Below are positions 51,219 to 62,228 of a stretch of 64,000 nucleotides of DNA, piece by piece. How positions within the stretch are numbered: position 1 is the first letter of the stretch; every line of letters starts with the position of its first letter. Position numbers and translations under genes: made by a program. The stretch comes from Chloroflexota bacterium (GTDB taxonomy: Bacteria > Chloroflexota > UBA11872 > VXOZ01). Under the pieces are notes generated by a model that was not told the origin of the DNA, made no database searches, and worked only from the letters and a program-made list of their open reading frames with translations. The stretch spans positions 352,001 through 416,000 of the forward strand of contig CAXXVD010000005.1 of NCBI GenBank assembly GCA_963662335.2. The letters run 5' to 3'.

Positions 51219-51220
51219 CC

Positions 51221-51532
51221 ATGGCGCAGCAGACCATTCGCATCCGCTTGAAGGCATTCGACCACCGGGTTCTCGATCAGTCCGCGGGCCAGATCGTGAG
51301 CGCGGCGCAGGGCACCGGCGCGCGGGTCGCGGGTCCGATTCCCCTGCCTACGGAGATTAACAAGTTCACGGTGATTCGCTCACCGTTCATCGATAAGGAT
51401 TCGCGCGAGCAGTTCGAGGTGCGCACGCACAAGCGCCTCATCGACGTGCTCGAGCCCAATGCCAAGACGATGGATGCGCTGCTGCGGCTGGAATTGCCGG
51501 CGGGCGTAGACATTGAAATGAAGTCCATGTAG
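51221..51532 (+). CDS. rpsJ: 30S ribosomal protein S10
   Basis: [17 protein letters not shown] and REQFE.RTHKR motifs. Confidence 0.97.
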   Translation: MAQQTIRIRLKAFDHRVLDQSAGQIVSAAQGTGARVAGPIPLPTEINKFTVIRSPFIDKDSREQFEVRTHKRLIDVLEPNAKTMDALLRLELPAGVDIEMKSM

Positions 51533-51547
51533 AGGGAAGCCGTTAGC

Positions 51548-52201
51548 ATGTCAATCGGCTTGATCGGCAAAAAACTCGGTATGACGCAAGTCTTCGACGA
51601 CGCGGGCGCCGCCGTGCCGGTGACGGTTGTCCAAGCCGGGCCCTGTACGGTGGTGCAGGTCAAGACCGCCGCGGGCCCGGACGGCTACAACGCGGTGCAA
51701 CTTGGCGTGGGCGAACGCCTGAAGAACATCACGAATCCGGCGCGCGGCCACGTTAGCAGGCATCTTGGCGAGGATGCCGCCGTGCCGCGTGACCTGCGGG
51801 AGTTTCCGGTGGCGGACCCGGGCGCATACGAAGCCGGGCAGACACTCAGCGTAGACCTCTTCACCGCCGGGCAGGCCGTGGACGTAACCGGCGTTTCAAA
51901 GGGCAAGGGCTTTGCCGGCGTGATGCGGCGGCATAACTTCAGCGGACAGCAGAAGACCCACGGCCAATCCGACCGCTGGCGCGCCCCCGGCGCGGTCGGC
52001 ATGGGCACAACGCCCGGCCGTGTCTGGAAAGGCCAGCCCATGGCCGGCCGAATGGGGCAAGACCGCGTCACGGTGCAGAACCTCGAAGTCGTAGACGTCG
52101 TGGCCGACCAGGACATCCTGTTGATCAAGGGCGCCGTGCCCGGGGGGCCGGGCAGCCTCGTGACGGTGCAACCGGCGGTGAAGTCGCCCGGCGCGGCGTA
52201 G
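51548..52201 (+). CDS. rplC: 50S ribosomal protein L3
   Basis: GKKLGMTQ, SKGKGF.G and KGAVPG motifs. Confidence 0.96.
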   Translation: MSIGLIGKKLGMTQVFDDAGAAVPVTVVQAGPCTVVQVKTAAGPDGYNAVQLGVGERLKNITNPARGHVSRHLGEDAAVPRDLREFPVADPGAYEAGQTLSVDLFTAGQAVDVTGVSKGKGFAGVMRRHNFSGQQKTHGQSDRWRAPGAVGMGTTPGRVWKGQPMAGRMGQDRVTVQNLEVVDVVADQDILLIKGAVPGGPGSLVTVQPAVKSPGAA

Positions 52202-52219
52202 GCAAGCGAGTAGAACGCG

Positions 52220-52846
52220 ATGGACGTGAAAGTTCTCGATACACAGGGCAACCCGGCGGGAGACGCCGTGCTGCCCGACCACATCTTCGGCATCGAGCCG
52301 CACGCGGCTCTCGTGCATCAAGCCGTCATCCGGGATGAGGCCGGGCAACGCCTGGGCAGCGCCAGCACCAAGACCCGCAGTGAGGTGCGCGGCGGCGGGC
52401 GCAAGCCGTGGCGCCAGAAGCACACCGGCCGCGCGCGGCACGGCAGCCGGCGCTCGCCCATTTGGCGCACCGGCGGCGTCACGTTTGGCCCGCACCCGCG
52501 CGACTATCACCGCGCAATGCCGCGCAAGATGTGGCGCAGAGCCATGTTCTCCGCGCTCTCCGCCAAGGCCCAGTCCGACCGGTTGCTGGTCGTTGCCGCG
52601 TTTCCGCAAGACACGATTAGCACCAAGCGGCAGGCGGCGTTCTTGGACGCGCTTGGCGCCACCGCGAGCGCGCTCTACGTAGCGGAAGAGCCTTCGGAGG
52701 AACTCCGGCTGTCCATTCGCAATTTGCCCGGTGTTGAATTGTCCACGCCGCACACGCTGAGCGTGCGCGACGTAGTGGTCTTCGAGCACGTCATCTTCGA
52801 TGCGGACGCCGTTGCCGCCTGCGAGATACTTTGGAGTCAGTCATGA
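52220..52846 (+). CDS. rplD: 50S ribosomal protein L4
   Basis: TKTRSEV.GGGRKPWRQKHTGRARHG motif. Confidence 0.96.
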   Translation: MDVKVLDTQGNPAGDAVLPDHIFGIEPHAALVHQAVIRDEAGQRLGSASTKTRSEVRGGGRKPWRQKHTGRARHGSRRSPIWRTGGVTFGPHPRDYHRAMPRKMWRRAMFSALSAKAQSDRLLVVAAFPQDTISTKRQAAFLDALGATASALYVAEEPSEELRLSIRNLPGVELSTPHTLSVRDVVVFEHVIFDADAVAACEILWSQS

Positions 52847-53130
52847 AGACGGCGCAACAGATTCTCATCCGGCCGCTGATTACGGAGAAGGGCACCCTGC
52901 TCTCCGACCAGAATAAGTATCTCTTCGCCGTGTCACCGGACGCCACCAAGATCGACGTGCGGCGCGCCGTAGAGCAGACGTTCGGCGTGACCGTGCTCTC
53001 CGTGAACGTCATGAACGTGCCCGGCAAAGAGAAGCGCTTCGGCCGGCACCGCTATCGCACGCCTCGCTGGCGCAAGGCGATCGTCTCCTTGCAACCCGGT
53101 CAGACCATCGACCTCTTCAGCGGTGTCTAG
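52843..53130 (+). CDS. rplW: 50S ribosomal protein L23
   Basis: P.ITEK, Y.F.V and W.KAIV.L motifs. Confidence 0.95.
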   Translation: MKTAQQILIRPLITEKGTLLSDQNKYLFAVSPDATKIDVRRAVEQTFGVTVLSVNVMNVPGKEKRFGRHRYRTPRWRKAIVSLQPGQTIDLFSGV

Positions 53131-53144
53131 GGAAGGATTAGCCG

Positions 53145-53975
53145 ATGCCGGTCAAAACCTACAAACCCACCTCCGCCGGACGCCGCGGCATGGCCGCCGT
53201 CGAGAACGACGACATTACCAAGTCCAAACCGGAGCGGCGGCTGACCAAAGGCATGAAGCGGAAAGCCGGGCGCAACGCCAGCGGCAAGCTGACCGTGCGC
53301 CACCGGGGCGGCGGCCACAAGCGCCGCTACAGGACGATAGACTTCAAACGTGATAAGATAGGGATTCCCGGCACGGTAAAGGCAATCGAGTACGACCCGA
53401 ACCGCAGCGCCCGCATCGCGCTGGTCGCGTATCGCGACGGCGAGAAACGCTATATACTCGCGGCAGCCGGGTTGAACGTGGGCGATACGGTAGAGACGGG
53501 CCCGGATGCGCCGATACGCCCCGGCAACTGCCTGCCGTTGCGCAACATTCCGGCGGGCACGGCGGTGCACAACCTGGAACTCCAGGCCGGGCGCGGCGGA
53601 CAGCTTGCGCGGAGCGCCGGTTCTTCGGTGCAACTGATGACGAAAGAGAGCGACTACGCGGTGATGCGGCTGCCGTCGGGTGAAATTAGGCGCGTGCACG
53701 TGACGTGCCTGGCAACCGTCGGCCAAGCGAGCAACGTAGATCACGTTGGCGCCGCCACCGGCAAGGCGGGAAGGGCGCGCTGGAAGGGCCGGCGGCCCAC
53801 GGTGCGCGGCTCGGCCATGAACCCGCGCGACCATCCGCACGGCGGCGGGGAAGGCAAAGCGCCGATTGGCTTGCCGGGCCCCAAGACGCCGTGGGGGAAA
53901 CCGGCGCTCGGCTTGCGCACGCGCAAGCGGAAGCCGTCGGACAAGTTCATCTTGCGCCGCCGCCACGCGCGCTAG
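53145..53975 (+). CDS. rplB: 50S ribosomal protein L2
   Basis: YDPNRSA and [12 protein letters not shown] motifs. Confidence 0.97.
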   Translation: MPVKTYKPTSAGRRGMAAVENDDITKSKPERRLTKGMKRKAGRNASGKLTVRHRGGGHKRRYRTIDFKRDKIGIPGTVKAIEYDPNRSARIALVAYRDGEKRYILAAAGLNVGDTVETGPDAPIRPGNCLPLRNIPAGTAVHNLELQAGRGGQLARSAGSSVQLMTKESDYAVMRLPSGEIRRVHVTCLATVGQASNVDHVGAATGKAGRARWKGRRPTVRGSAMNPRDHPHGGGEGKAPIGLPGPKTPWGKPALGLRTRKRKPSDKFILRRRHAR

Positions 53976-53990
53976 GAGGAGTTTCACGCT

Positions 53991-54275
53991 ATGTCGCGGT
54001 CGCTGAAGAAGGGACCCTACGTCGACGAAAAGCTGCTGAAGCGCATTCAGGACATGAATGACAGCGGGCAGAAGCGCGTGTTGCGCACCTGGTCGCGCGC
54101 CTCCACCATCTTTCCGGACATGGTAGGGCATACCATCGCGGTGCATGACGGCCGGCGGCACGTGCCGGTCTACGTCACGGAGAACATGGTAGGGCATAAG
54201 CTGGGCGAATTCGCGCCGACGCGGAACTTTCGCGGCCATTCGCGGGAAGACCGCACGACCCAGGTGCGCGCCTAA
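53991..54275 (+). CDS. rpsS: 30S ribosomal protein S19
   Basis: RSLKKGP and [13 protein letters not shown] motifs. Confidence 0.97.
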   Translation: MSRSLKKGPYVDEKLLKRIQDMNDSGQKRVLRTWSRASTIFPDMVGHTIAVHDGRRHVPVYVTENMVGHKLGEFAPTRNFRGHSREDRTTQVRA

Positions 54276-54290
54276 CAGAGGATACGACGG

Positions 54291-54665
54291 ATGCAAGTAC
54301 AGGCGATAGGCAAATACCTGCGGGTTTCGCCGCGCAAAGCGCGGCGCGTGGCCGCCACCGTAACCGGCCGTTCCGCCGGGGAGGCGCTGGCGATCCTGCG
54401 CTTTCTGCCCAGCCCGACGGCGCGCACGTTGGCCAAAGTCGTGCGCTCCGCCATGGCCAACGCGGAGAATTCGTACAACTTGGATCCGGCGGAGTTGACG
54501 GTAGCCAGCGTGCGCGTGGACAAAGGCCCGGCCATGAAACGCTTGGATCCGAAAGCGCGCGGCCAGTGGGGCCTGCGCAAGAAGCGCACCAGCCACGTCA
54601 CCGTTATCGTCGCAGATAGCGAGGACAACGCTGAGTATGAGGAGAGCTTGAGTAGTGGGGCGTAA
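54291..54665 (+). CDS. rplV: 50S ribosomal protein L22
   Basis: SPRK.R, SA.ANA and KRTSH.TV motifs. Confidence 0.95.
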   Translation: MQVQAIGKYLRVSPRKARRVAATVTGRSAGEALAILRFLPSPTARTLAKVVRSAMANAENSYNLDPAELTVASVRVDKGPAMKRLDPKARGQWGLRKKRTSHVTVIVADSEDNAEYEESLSSGA

Positions 54666-55503
54666 AGTTCACCCGGTCGGCTTCCGCCTGGGCTTCAATC
54701 GCACTTGGAGCAGCCGCTGGTATGCCGGCAAAGAATACGCGGCGCTGGCGGAAGAAGACGGCAAGATTCGGAAGTTGGTGCTTGCCCAGTTCGAGAACAC
54801 CCGCACCAGCCGCTCCGGCGGCCGCCGGGGCGGCATGGGCGCCGGCATCTCCCAGGTAGACATCGAGCGCGCCGGCACCACCATCAAGGTGGACATCCAT
54901 ACCGCCCGCCCCGGCATCGTCATTGGCCGCGGCGGCGCGGCCCAGGCCCAACTGCGCAAGGACCTGCGCGAACTTACCGGCAAGAACGTGCGCACGAACA
55001 TCATGGAGATCAGGCAGCCGGAGACGAACGCCTACCTGGTGGCGCGGGCCGTTGCCGAGCAGTTGGAGCGGCGGGTCTCGCCGCGCCGCGCGATCAAGAT
55101 GGCGGCCGATCGTGTAATTCGCGCCGGCGCCATCGGCGTGAAGCTGATGGTCGGCGGCCGCCTGGGCGGCGCGGAAATGTCACGGAGCGAAAAGGAAATT
55201 CGCGGCACGGTGCCGCTGCAAACGCTCCGCGCCAACATCGACTACGGCTTTACCCAGGCGCTGACTACCTACGGGATTCTGGGCGTGAAGGCGTGGATCT
55301 ACACCGGCGACGTGACGCCGGAAGAGTTCTATGCCCGGCAGGAAGCCGCGGCGCCGGAAGAAACTCCGCCGCCACCGCCGCGCAGACGGCGCCGACGCAC
55401 CCGGCGGGCCGCGGATCGCGCCGGGCACGAGGGCGGCTCCGGCCGGTCTCGCGGCGGCGGCGCACGCGAGAGACGTACCGGCCCGCGCGAAACAAGTGAG
55501 TAG
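54655..55503 (+). CDS. rpsC: 30S ribosomal protein S3
   Basis: G.KVHP.GFRLG, RPGIVIG and [11 protein letters not shown] motifs; long C-terminal tail. Confidence 0.96.
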   Translation: MGRKVHPVGFRLGFNRTWSSRWYAGKEYAALAEEDGKIRKLVLAQFENTRTSRSGGRRGGMGAGISQVDIERAGTTIKVDIHTARPGIVIGRGGAAQAQLRKDLRELTGKNVRTNIMEIRQPETNAYLVARAVAEQLERRVSPRRAIKMAADRVIRAGAIGVKLMVGGRLGGAEMSRSEKEIRGTVPLQTLRANIDYGFTQALTTYGILGVKAWIYTGDVTPEEFYARQEAAAPEETPPPPPRRRRRRTRRAADRAGHEGGSGRSRGGGARERRTGPRETSE

Positions 55504-55511
55504 AGACAGTC

Positions 55512-55934
55512 ATGTTAATGCCTAAGCGCACCAAGCACCGCAAGATGCACCGGGGTCACCGGCGGGGCAAGGCCTACCGGGGTTCCAGCATCGCCTTTGG
55601 CGACTTTGCGCTCCAAGCGGTTGAAGGCGGCTGGGTTGACAATAGACAGATCGAAGCGGCGCGGCGCGCGGTGACGCATCACATACGGCGCGGCGGGCAG
55701 ATGTGGATTCGCATCTTTCCCGACAAAGGACTGAGCAAGAAGCCCGTGGAGGTACGGATGGGCGGCGGCAAGGGTCCGCCGGAGCAGTGGGTTGCCATCA
55801 TCAAGCCCGGCCGTATCCTCTTCGAACTGGCCGGCGTGCCTGCGGACATCGCGGAAGAGGCTATGTTGCGCGCCGCCCACAAGCTATCGGTAAAGACTCG
55901 CTTCATCTCGCGGGATACCCCGGAGATCGTATAA
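55512..55934 (+). CDS. rplP: 50S ribosomal protein L16
   Basis: ML.PKR.K.RK and RMGGGKG motifs. Confidence 0.96.
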   Translation: MLMPKRTKHRKMHRGHRRGKAYRGSSIAFGDFALQAVEGGWVDNRQIEAARRAVTHHIRRGGQMWIRIFPDKGLSKKPVEVRMGGGKGPPEQWVAIIKPGRILFELAGVPADIAEEAMLRAAHKLSVKTRFISRDTPEIV

Positions 55935-55960
55935 GCAGGCAGCGGCAGGAAAGACGAGGA

Positions 55961-56164
55961 ATGGCGAAACCGGCGGAATTGCGCGCGCTGAGCGCGGAAG
56001 ATTTGCAGCAGCGGCTGGATGAGGCGCAAGACGAACTGTTCAACTTGCGCTCGCAGCAAGCCACGGTACAGCTTGAGAATCCCGCGCGCTTCGGCATTCT
56101 CTACCGTGAAGTTGCCCGCATCAAGACCATCATGCGCGAAAGAGAACTCGGCATCAACACCTGA
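55961..56164 (+). CDS. rpmC: 50S ribosomal protein L29
   Basis: ELR.LS, ELFNLR and ARIKT motifs; operon position. Confidence 0.93.
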   Translation: MAKPAELRALSAEDLQQRLDEAQDELFNLRSQQATVQLENPARFGILYREVARIKTIMRERELGINT

Positions 56165-56186
56165 GCGAGAGCAGAAGATATACCTA

Positions 56187-56519
56187 ATGGCATCAGCGAC
56201 CCAGCCGACAGCAACGGCGCGACCAGCCGGCCGCCGGAAGCAGCGCAAGGGCATCGTGGTGAGCGACAAGATGGATAAGACCGTCACCGTCGCCGTTACC
56301 CGCGTGCGCCGCCATCCGTTGTACAAGAAGACCGTGCGCAGCACGAAGAAGTACCTGGCGCATAGCCCGCGCAACGACGTGCGCGCCGGCGACCGCGTGC
56401 TCATCGAGGAGACGCGCCCCCTCTCCAAGCGCAAGCACTGGCGGGTCGTGGCGGTGCTCGAGCGCGGTGAGCAAGCGTCTACGCAGTCGGCAACGGCAGC
56501 CGCAGAGGCGGCCCAATGA
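56187..56519 (+). CDS. rpsQ: 30S ribosomal protein S17
   Basis: [15 protein letters not shown] and ETRPLSK.K.W motifs. Confidence 0.95.
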   Translation: MASATQPTATARPAGRRKQRKGIVVSDKMDKTVTVAVTRVRRHPLYKKTVRSTKKYLAHSPRNDVRAGDRVLIEETRPLSKRKHWRVVAVLERGEQASTQSATAAAEAAQ

Positions 56520-56884
56520 TACGAGAGACGTCACGCTTGAAGATTGCCGACAACACCGGCGCCCGCGAGATCATGTGCATCCGCGTGCTCGGCGGCTCGC
56601 GCCGCAAGTACGGCGGCATCGGCAGTATCGTGGTTGCCTCCGTAAAGGAAGCGGTGCCGCTCAGCCAGGTGCGGGAAGGCGAAGTGGTGCGGGCGCTCAT
56701 CGTGCGCACGGCCAAAGAGTACCGGCGCACCGACGGCTCCAGCATTCGCTTCGACGATAACGCCGCCGTGCTCTTAGGCCCGCAGAACATGCCGCGCGGC
56801 ACCCGCATCTTCGGGCCGGTGGCGCGGGAACTGCGCGAGATGGGCTTCATGCGCATCATCTCCCAAGCGCCGGAGGTGCTCTAG
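56516..56884 (+). CDS. rplN: 50S ribosomal protein L14
   Basis: [26 protein letters not shown] and APEVL motifs. Confidence 0.97.
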   Translation: MIRETSRLKIADNTGAREIMCIRVLGGSRRKYGGIGSIVVASVKEAVPLSQVREGEVVRALIVRTAKEYRRTDGSSIRFDDNAAVLLGPQNMPRGTRIFGPVARELREMGFMRIISQAPEVL

Positions 56885-56886
56885 CC

Positions 56887-57207
56887 GTGCAGAGAATTCA
56901 ATCCGGCGACCAGGTGGAAGTAACCCGGGGCAAGGACCGGGGCAAGCGCGGACGGGTGATGCGCGTGCTCCTGGCCGACAAGCGGGTCGTGGTAGAGGGC
57001 GTAAACGTCGTTAAGCGCCACCAGCGGCCCATGCCCCCTATGCAGCCGGGCGGCATTATCGAGATGCCGGCCCCGCTGGCGGAATCGAACGTCATGATCG
57101 TGTGCCCAAACTGCGACCAGGCTGCCCGCGTCGGCTACCGCATCCTGGAAGACGGCAGCAAGGCGCGCGTGTGCAAGCAATGCCAAGAGATAATCGGCCA
57201 AGAGTAA
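56887..57207 (+). CDS. rplX: 50S ribosomal protein L24
   Basis: GD.V.V..GKD.GK.G (KOW) motif; CPNC/CKQC. Confidence 0.95.
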   Translation: MQRIQSGDQVEVTRGKDRGKRGRVMRVLLADKRVVVEGVNVVKRHQRPMPPMQPGGIIEMPAPLAESNVMIVCPNCDQAARVGYRILEDGSKARVCKQCQEIIGQE

Positions 57208-57216
57208 GGAATTCCG

Positions 57217-57786
57217 ATGGCGGATAAAGCGCAGATGCAACAGCAGTACGAGGACGAGATTCGCGCCGCGATGACGGAAGAGTTTGGGTACGCCAGCGTG
57301 ATGCAGGCGCCGAAGGTTACCAAGGTGGTGCTCAACATCGGCCTCGGCGAGGCATTGCAAGACGCCCGCGCCCTGGACAACGCCGTCGGCGACCTCACCA
57401 CGATTTCCGGGCAGAAGCCCATCGTCACGCGCTCCAAGAAGAGCATCGCAAACTTCAAGCTGCGCGAAGACCAAGCCATCGGGGCCAAGGTGACGCTGCG
57501 CCGCACCCGCATGTACCATTTTCTGGAGAAACTCTTCAATGTCGTCTTCCCGCGCATTCGCGACTTTCGGGGTGTTTCGCCCAACGCGTTCGACGGCCGC
57601 GGCAACTACTCCGTCGGCCTGCGCGAGCAACTGGTGTTCCCGGAAATCAACTACGATGAAGTTGACCGCGTGCGCGGGTTGGAGGTTACGATTGTGACCT
57701 CGGCGCGGACCGATGAAGAAGCCCGCTACCTGCTTCGTGCGCTCGGCATGCCGCTGGCGCAGGAAGCCGCGCAGATCGCAAGCTAG
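57217..57786 (+). CDS. rplE: 50S ribosomal protein L5
   Basis: [12 protein letters not shown] and FDGRGNY motifs. Confidence 0.97.
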   Translation: MADKAQMQQQYEDEIRAAMTEEFGYASVMQAPKVTKVVLNIGLGEALQDARALDNAVGDLTTISGQKPIVTRSKKSIANFKLREDQAIGAKVTLRRTRMYHFLEKLFNVVFPRIRDFRGVSPNAFDGRGNYSVGLREQLVFPEINYDEVDRVRGLEVTIVTSARTDEEARYLLRALGMPLAQEAAQIAS

Positions 57787-57798
57787 GAGAGCAATTCG

Positions 57799-58008
57799 GT
57801 GGCCAAGAAGTCCAAGATTGCCAAGTGGCGCAAGCAGCGGAAACTGCTGCAAGAAGGCCGTATGCAGCATCCGGTGAAGTTCCGCAACCGCTGCTACCAG
57901 TGCGGCCGTCCGCGCGCCTACATGCGCAAGTTCGGCATGTGCCGCATCTGCTTCCGCGCCGCCGCCTTGCAGGGCTTGCTGCCCGGCGTCACGAAGTCTA
58001 GCTGGTAA
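57799..58008 (+). CDS. rpsN: 30S ribosomal protein S14 (zinc type)
   Basis: RC..CGR.R.Y...FG.CRIC.R and PGV.KSSW motifs. Confidence 0.95.
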   Translation: MAKKSKIAKWRKQRKLLQEGRMQHPVKFRNRCYQCGRPRAYMRKFGMCRICFRAAALQGLLPGVTKSSW

Positions 58009-58031
58009 CAACAGGCGAGAGAATACCGACC

Positions 58032-58433
58032 ATGACGATGACCGATCCTATTGCCGATATGCTGACGCGGATCCGCAACGCCATCCAGGCGCGCCATACG
58101 CACGTGACGATACCCGCGTCCAAGATGAAAACCGCGATCCTGAACATTCTCGAAAGAGAAGGGTACATCGGCCGCTTCGAGATCGTAGACCAGGAGAAGC
58201 CGCAGGCCATGCTGCGCGTCAGCCTCAAGTACACCGACGAACGCGATCCGGTGCTCCTGGGACTGCGGCGCGTGAGCAAGCCCGGCCTGCGCGTCTACGC
58301 GGGCAAAGATGAGATACCGCGTGTCATGGGCGGTATCGGCACCGTGATTATCTCCACCTCCTCCGGCGTCATGACCGGCCGCGAGGCGTGGCAGCGGAAG
58401 ATCGGCGGCGAAGTGCTCTGTTACGTTTGGTAA
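58032..58433 (+). CDS. rpsH: 30S ribosomal protein S8
   Basis: [20 protein letters not shown] and GGEVLC motifs. Confidence 0.97.
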   Translation: MTMTDPIADMLTRIRNAIQARHTHVTIPASKMKTAILNILEREGYIGRFEIVDQEKPQAMLRVSLKYTDERDPVLLGLRRVSKPGLRVYAGKDEIPRVMGGIGTVIISTSSGVMTGREAWQRKIGGEVLCYVW

Positions 58434-58444
58434 GGTGAGTCGCT

Positions 58445-59002
58445 ATGTCTCGTGTCGGAAAACAACCGGTTCCCATTCCCAGCGGCGTTGACGTGAACGT
58501 GAACGCCGCGGCCGTGCGCGTGAAAGGGCCGAAAGGCGAGTTGCAGATCGACGCCGCGCCCACCATCTCGGTGCGGGTGGCCGATAGCGCCGTGCACGTG
58601 GAGCGCCGGTCGGAGAGCCGCGAAGACCGCGCGCTGCACGGCCTCACCCGCGCGTTGGTGGCAAACATGGTGCAGGGCGTAACGCAGGGATACCGCAAGA
58701 CGCTGGAACTGCACGGGACCGGGTACCGCGCCCAAATGACGGGCGGCAAACTGGTCATGCAACTGGGCCACTCCCATCCGGTCGAATTCGCGCCGCCGCC
58801 GGGCATCGCGCTCGAGGTTGAAAACCCGACCACGATTCACGTCGACGGCATTGACAAGCGCCTGGTGGGGCAGGTGGCGGCGGACATTCGCAAGGCGCGG
58901 CCGGTGGAGATCTACTTAGGCAAGGGCATCCGCTACCGCGGCGAGTACGTGCGCCGCAAGGCCGGCAAGGCCGGCAAGATCGGCGCCGGCGAGGGCGCGT
59001 GA
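58445..59002 (+). CDS. rplF: 50S ribosomal protein L6
   Basis: MSRVGK, GPKG.L and GKGIRY motifs. Confidence 0.96.
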   Translation: MSRVGKQPVPIPSGVDVNVNAAAVRVKGPKGELQIDAAPTISVRVADSAVHVERRSESREDRALHGLTRALVANMVQGVTQGYRKTLELHGTGYRAQMTGGKLVMQLGHSHPVEFAPPPGIALEVENPTTIHVDGIDKRLVGQVAADIRKARPVEIYLGKGIRYRGEYVRRKAGKAGKIGAGEGA

Positions 59003-59050
59003 ACGAGCAAGAGCACAATTGCGACGTGAGAGCACGAGTAGGATACCAAC

Positions 59051-59446
59051 ATGCGGCTGATACCAGGTAGAAGAGCGCTGAACGCGCGGGCGCGGCGACA
59101 GCGCCGGGTGCGCGCCAAGATACGCGGCGTGGCGGAACGGCCGCGCCTCAACGTCTATCGGAGCAGCCAGCACATCTACGCCCAACTGATAGACGATGCG
59201 GCCCATCACACGCTGGCCGCGGCTTCCACCCTCGATCCGGCGGTGCGCGCGTTGCTGGAGGAAGAGCGGACCGAGGATGCGTCTCCGACGAAAGCGACGC
59301 AGGCCGCAGTCGTCGGGCGGGTCGTGGCCGAGCGCGCCCAGGAAAAGGGCATAGACACCATCGTCTTCGACCGGGGCGGCTACCGCTACCACGGCCGGGT
59401 GCGCGCGCTCGCGGACGCCGCCCGCAAGGCCGGGTTGAAGTTTTGA
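59051..59446 (+). CDS. rplR: 50S ribosomal protein L18
   Basis: RPRL.V.RS, IYAQ.IDD and FDRGGY.YHGR motifs. Confidence 0.96.
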   Translation: MRLIPGRRALNARARRQRRVRAKIRGVAERPRLNVYRSSQHIYAQLIDDAAHHTLAAASTLDPAVRALLEEERTEDASPTKATQAAVVGRVVAERAQEKGIDTIVFDRGGYRYHGRVRALADAARKAGLKF

Positions 59447-59473
59447 TCAATGTAGAGGCAGACAGGTCGCGTG

Positions 59474-59513
59474 CTTCCGGTAGGGGCACGACGTGTCGCG
59501 CCCCTACCGGAAG
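59474..59513. repeat. GTAG-type REP-like hairpin (family F) between rplR and rpsE
   Basis: cttccggtaggggc ... gcccctaccggaag, a 14-bp perfect stem. Confidence 0.7.
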
Positions 59514-59579
59514 AGCCGCGCTACTACAAATGGATATGGACTTCCGCCGCAATCGGAATGGCGGAATGGAAAGAGATAG

Positions 59580-60170
59580 GTGAAAATGCCGGAACGGGTT
59601 TCCATCGATGCGGCAGCCTTGAATCTCGAAGAGCGCTTGGTGAGCGTGAATCGGGTCGCCAAGGTGGTTCGCGGCGGGCGCACCTTCAGCTTCAACGCGG
59701 TGGTCGTGGTTGGCGACGGTGACGGCCACGTCGGCATTGGCATCGGCAAAGCGCGCGAAGTGGCGGAGGCCATTCGCAAAGGCGGCGAGAAGGCGCGCAA
59801 AGCCCTGGTGCGCGTCCCGCTGGCCGGCTCGACCATTCCGCACGACATCACCGCCAAGTTTGGCGCCTCCCGCGTGCTACTCAAGCCGGCCGCGCCCGGC
59901 ACCGGCGTGATTGCCGGCGGGCCCGTGCGCGCCGTCGTCGAGTCCGCGGGCGTGCACGACATTCTCACCAAGTCGCTCGGTTCCAACAACGCCATCAACG
60001 TGGTGCGCGCCACCATGGCGGCGCTCCAGCAGTTGCAGAGTCCCGACGCGGCGTATGCGCGCCTGGGTCGCCTGCGGCGGCGGCGCCCGGCCGCGGCCGG
60101 CGCGGCGCCGGAGCCCGCGCCGGCCGCGGCGGAAGCAAGCGCAGCGGCGGAGGCGGAAAGTGACGACTGA
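59580..60170 (+). CDS. rpsE: 30S ribosomal protein S5
   Basis: NRVAKVV.GGR and GTGVIAGG motifs. Confidence 0.96.
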   Translation: MKMPERVSIDAAALNLEERLVSVNRVAKVVRGGRTFSFNAVVVVGDGDGHVGIGIGKAREVAEAIRKGGEKARKALVRVPLAGSTIPHDITAKFGASRVLLKPAAPGTGVIAGGPVRAVVESAGVHDILTKSLGSNNAINVVRATMAALQQLQSPDAAYARLGRLRRRRPAAAGAAPEPAPAAAEASAAAEAESDD

Positions 60171-60393
60171 TCAGAGTTCGTCAAAAACGCTGCGCATCAC
60201 GCTGCGCAAGAGCCCGATCGGCTTCTCCAAAGACCAGAAGCGAACGGTAGCGGCCCTGGGGCTGAAGAAACGCGAACAGACCGTTGAACAGCACGAGACA
60301 CCGGCCGTGCGCGGGATGATCGAGAAAGTCTCGCATCTCGTGCGCGTCGAGGAAGTCGACGTCTGCGACGACGCCGTCGCAGACGCAGAATAG
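60160..60393 (+). CDS. rpmD: 50S ribosomal protein L30
   Basis: ITL.KS.IG, ALGL and RGMI.KV.HLV motifs. Confidence 0.93.
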   Translation: MTTDQSSSKTLRITLRKSPIGFSKDQKRTVAALGLKKREQTVEQHETPAVRGMIEKVSHLVRVEEVDVCDDAVADAE

Positions 60394-60405
60394 GACCGGA
60401 TACGC

Positions 60406-60885
60406 ATGAAACGACATGCCCTACACGCACCGAACGGCGCCACGCGGCGGCGCAAGCGCGTCGCGCGCGGGCACGGCGGGCGCGGCCACAAGACTGCCGG
60501 CCGGGGCACCAAGGGACAGAAGTCGCGCTCCCACGCCGGTGTGCCCGCCTGGTTCGAGGGCGGCCAGACGCCGTTCGTCCGCCGCCTGCCCCATCGCCGG
60601 GGCTTCAGCAACGCGCGCTTCCGCATTGTCTACCAGCCGGTGAACGTCGGCGACCTGGCGCGGGTCTTCGAGAGCGGCGCCACGGTTGTGCCGGCGGACG
60701 TCGTAGCGCGGGGACTCGCCCGTTCCACGCAACTCAAAGTGCTCGGCGGCGGCGAGATCGAGCACCCGCTCACCGTGCACGCCCCGAAGTTTTCCCAAGC
60801 CGCCCGCGCGAAGATCGAGGCGGCCGGCGGCGCCTGCAACGAAATCGGCGGGAGCAACGAAGCCGGCAGCGTTGAGGAAGGATAG
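60406..60885 (+). CDS. rplO: 50S ribosomal protein L15
   Basis: GRG.KGQKSR, FEGGQ.P and KIEAAGG motifs. Confidence 0.95.
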   Translation: MKRHALHAPNGATRRRKRVARGHGGRGHKTAGRGTKGQKSRSHAGVPAWFEGGQTPFVRRLPHRRGFSNARFRIVYQPVNVGDLARVFESGATVVPADVVARGLARSTQLKVLGGGEIEHPLTVHAPKFSQAARAKIEAAGGACNEIGGSNEAGSVEEG

Positions 60886-60890
60886 CGCGC

Positions 60891-62228
60891 GTGGCCGTAC
60901 CGACCCCTTCACAGAAGTCGCCGTCGCTCATACAAGCCGCGTTCAACGCCTTCAAGCTGCCCGACATCCGGCGCAAGCTGCTCTTCACCTTGGCCTTGTT
61001 GGCCGTCTTCCGCTTCGTGGCGCACATTCCCGTGCCGGGCGTAGACCGGGAAGCGCTGCGGGAACTCTTCCAGCAGCAGCAGTTTCTCGGACTGCTCGAC
61101 ATGTTCTCCGGCGGCGCGTTGGCCAACTTCTCTATCGTCGCAATGGGGGTCTACCCCTACATCACCGCCACCATCATCATGCAGCTTATGACGCCGGTCA
61201 TACCGGCCCTGCAGCAGATGTCGCGCGAGGGCGGCGATAGCGCGCGGCAGCGCATGAACCAGTACATGCGCATCGGCACGGTGCCTTTGGCGGTCTTGTC
61301 CGCGTTTGGTCAAGCCACGATCTTTACCCAGATGGGTGTCATTCGCGGCTTCAATCTCTTCAACGGCGAGACCTTTCTCAGCAGCCTGGCGCTGATCATC
61401 AGCATGACCGCGGGCACGATGTTTCTCGTCTGGCTCGGTGAACTCATCACGGAGAACGGCATCGGACAGGGCATCTCGCTCATCATCTTCGCCGGTATCG
61501 TCGCGCGGCTGCCCACCACCATCGGCCAGGCCGTGCTCGGCCAGACCGGCGGCACCGCTACCCTCACGCTCTTCATCATTGGCGCGCTCGCCATTCTCAT
61601 CGTGGTCGGCATCGTGGTGATGTATGAAGCGCAGCGGCGGATTCCCGTCCACTATGCGAAGCGCATGCACGGCCGCCGCCAATACGGCGGGCAAACCACC
61701 CACATACCGCTCAAGATCAACTCCGCGGGGATGATTCCCCTCATCTTCGCCATCTCCTTCCTGATCTTTCCCAGCACCGTCGCCAGCTATTTTCAGGCGG
61801 CCGACGCCGGCTGGATTCGCGGCGTCTCCGCCTTCGTCATGAACGCCTTCGACCCGCAGGGGCCGCTCTACTGGGCGCTCTATTTCCTCCTGGTCGTTGC
61901 CTTTACCTACTTCTACACCGCCATCATCTTCCAGCAGCAAAACATCCCGGACGTGCTCCAAAAGAACGGTGGTTTCATCCCCGGCATTCGTCCGGGGCGG
62001 CCAACGTCGCAGTATCTCAATAGCGTCATCTTTCGCATCACCCTAGCCGGCGCCCTCTTCCTGGGGCTCATCGCGGTTTCGCCCTTCATCATCCAGGGTT
62101 TCACCGGCGTGCAGGCGCTCATGTTGAGCAGCACCGGCATGCTCATCGTCGTCGGCGTCGTGCAGGACACGATGAAGAACCTGGAGGCGCAGTTGCTCAT
62201 GCGCCAGTACGAAGGGTTCTTGCGGTAG
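60891..62228 (+). CDS. secY: Preprotein translocase SecY
   Basis: GV.PYITA.II.QL, G.G.G.SL.IFAGI and FIPGIRPG motifs. Confidence 0.97.
   Translation: MAVPTPSQKSPSLIQAAFNAFKLPDIRRKLLFTLALLAVFRFVAHIPVPGVDREALRELFQQQQFLGLLDMFSGGALANFSIVAMGVYPYITATIIMQLMTPVIPALQQMSREGGDSARQRMNQYMRIGTVPLAVLSAFGQATIFTQMGVIRGFNLFNGETFLSSLALIISMTAGTMFLVWLGELITENGIGQGISLIIFAGIVARLPTTIGQAVLGQTGGTATLTLFIIGALAILIVVGIVVMYEAQRRIPVHYAKRMHGRRQYGGQTTHIPLKINSAGMIPLIFAISFLIFPSTVASYFQAADAGWIRGVSAFVMNAFDPQGPLYWALYFLLVVAFTYFYTAIIFQQQNIPDVLQKNGGFIPGIRPGRPTSQYLNSVIFRITLAGALFLGLIAVSPFIIQGFTGVQALMLSSTGMLIVVGVVQDTMKNLEAQLLMRQYEGFLR

Noticed and set aside
52400-52445. L4 loop QKHTG instead of QKGTG as a macrolide-resistance mutation
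   Set aside because: QKHTG is a natural variant in other phyla such as Thermus, so it is not informative alone.
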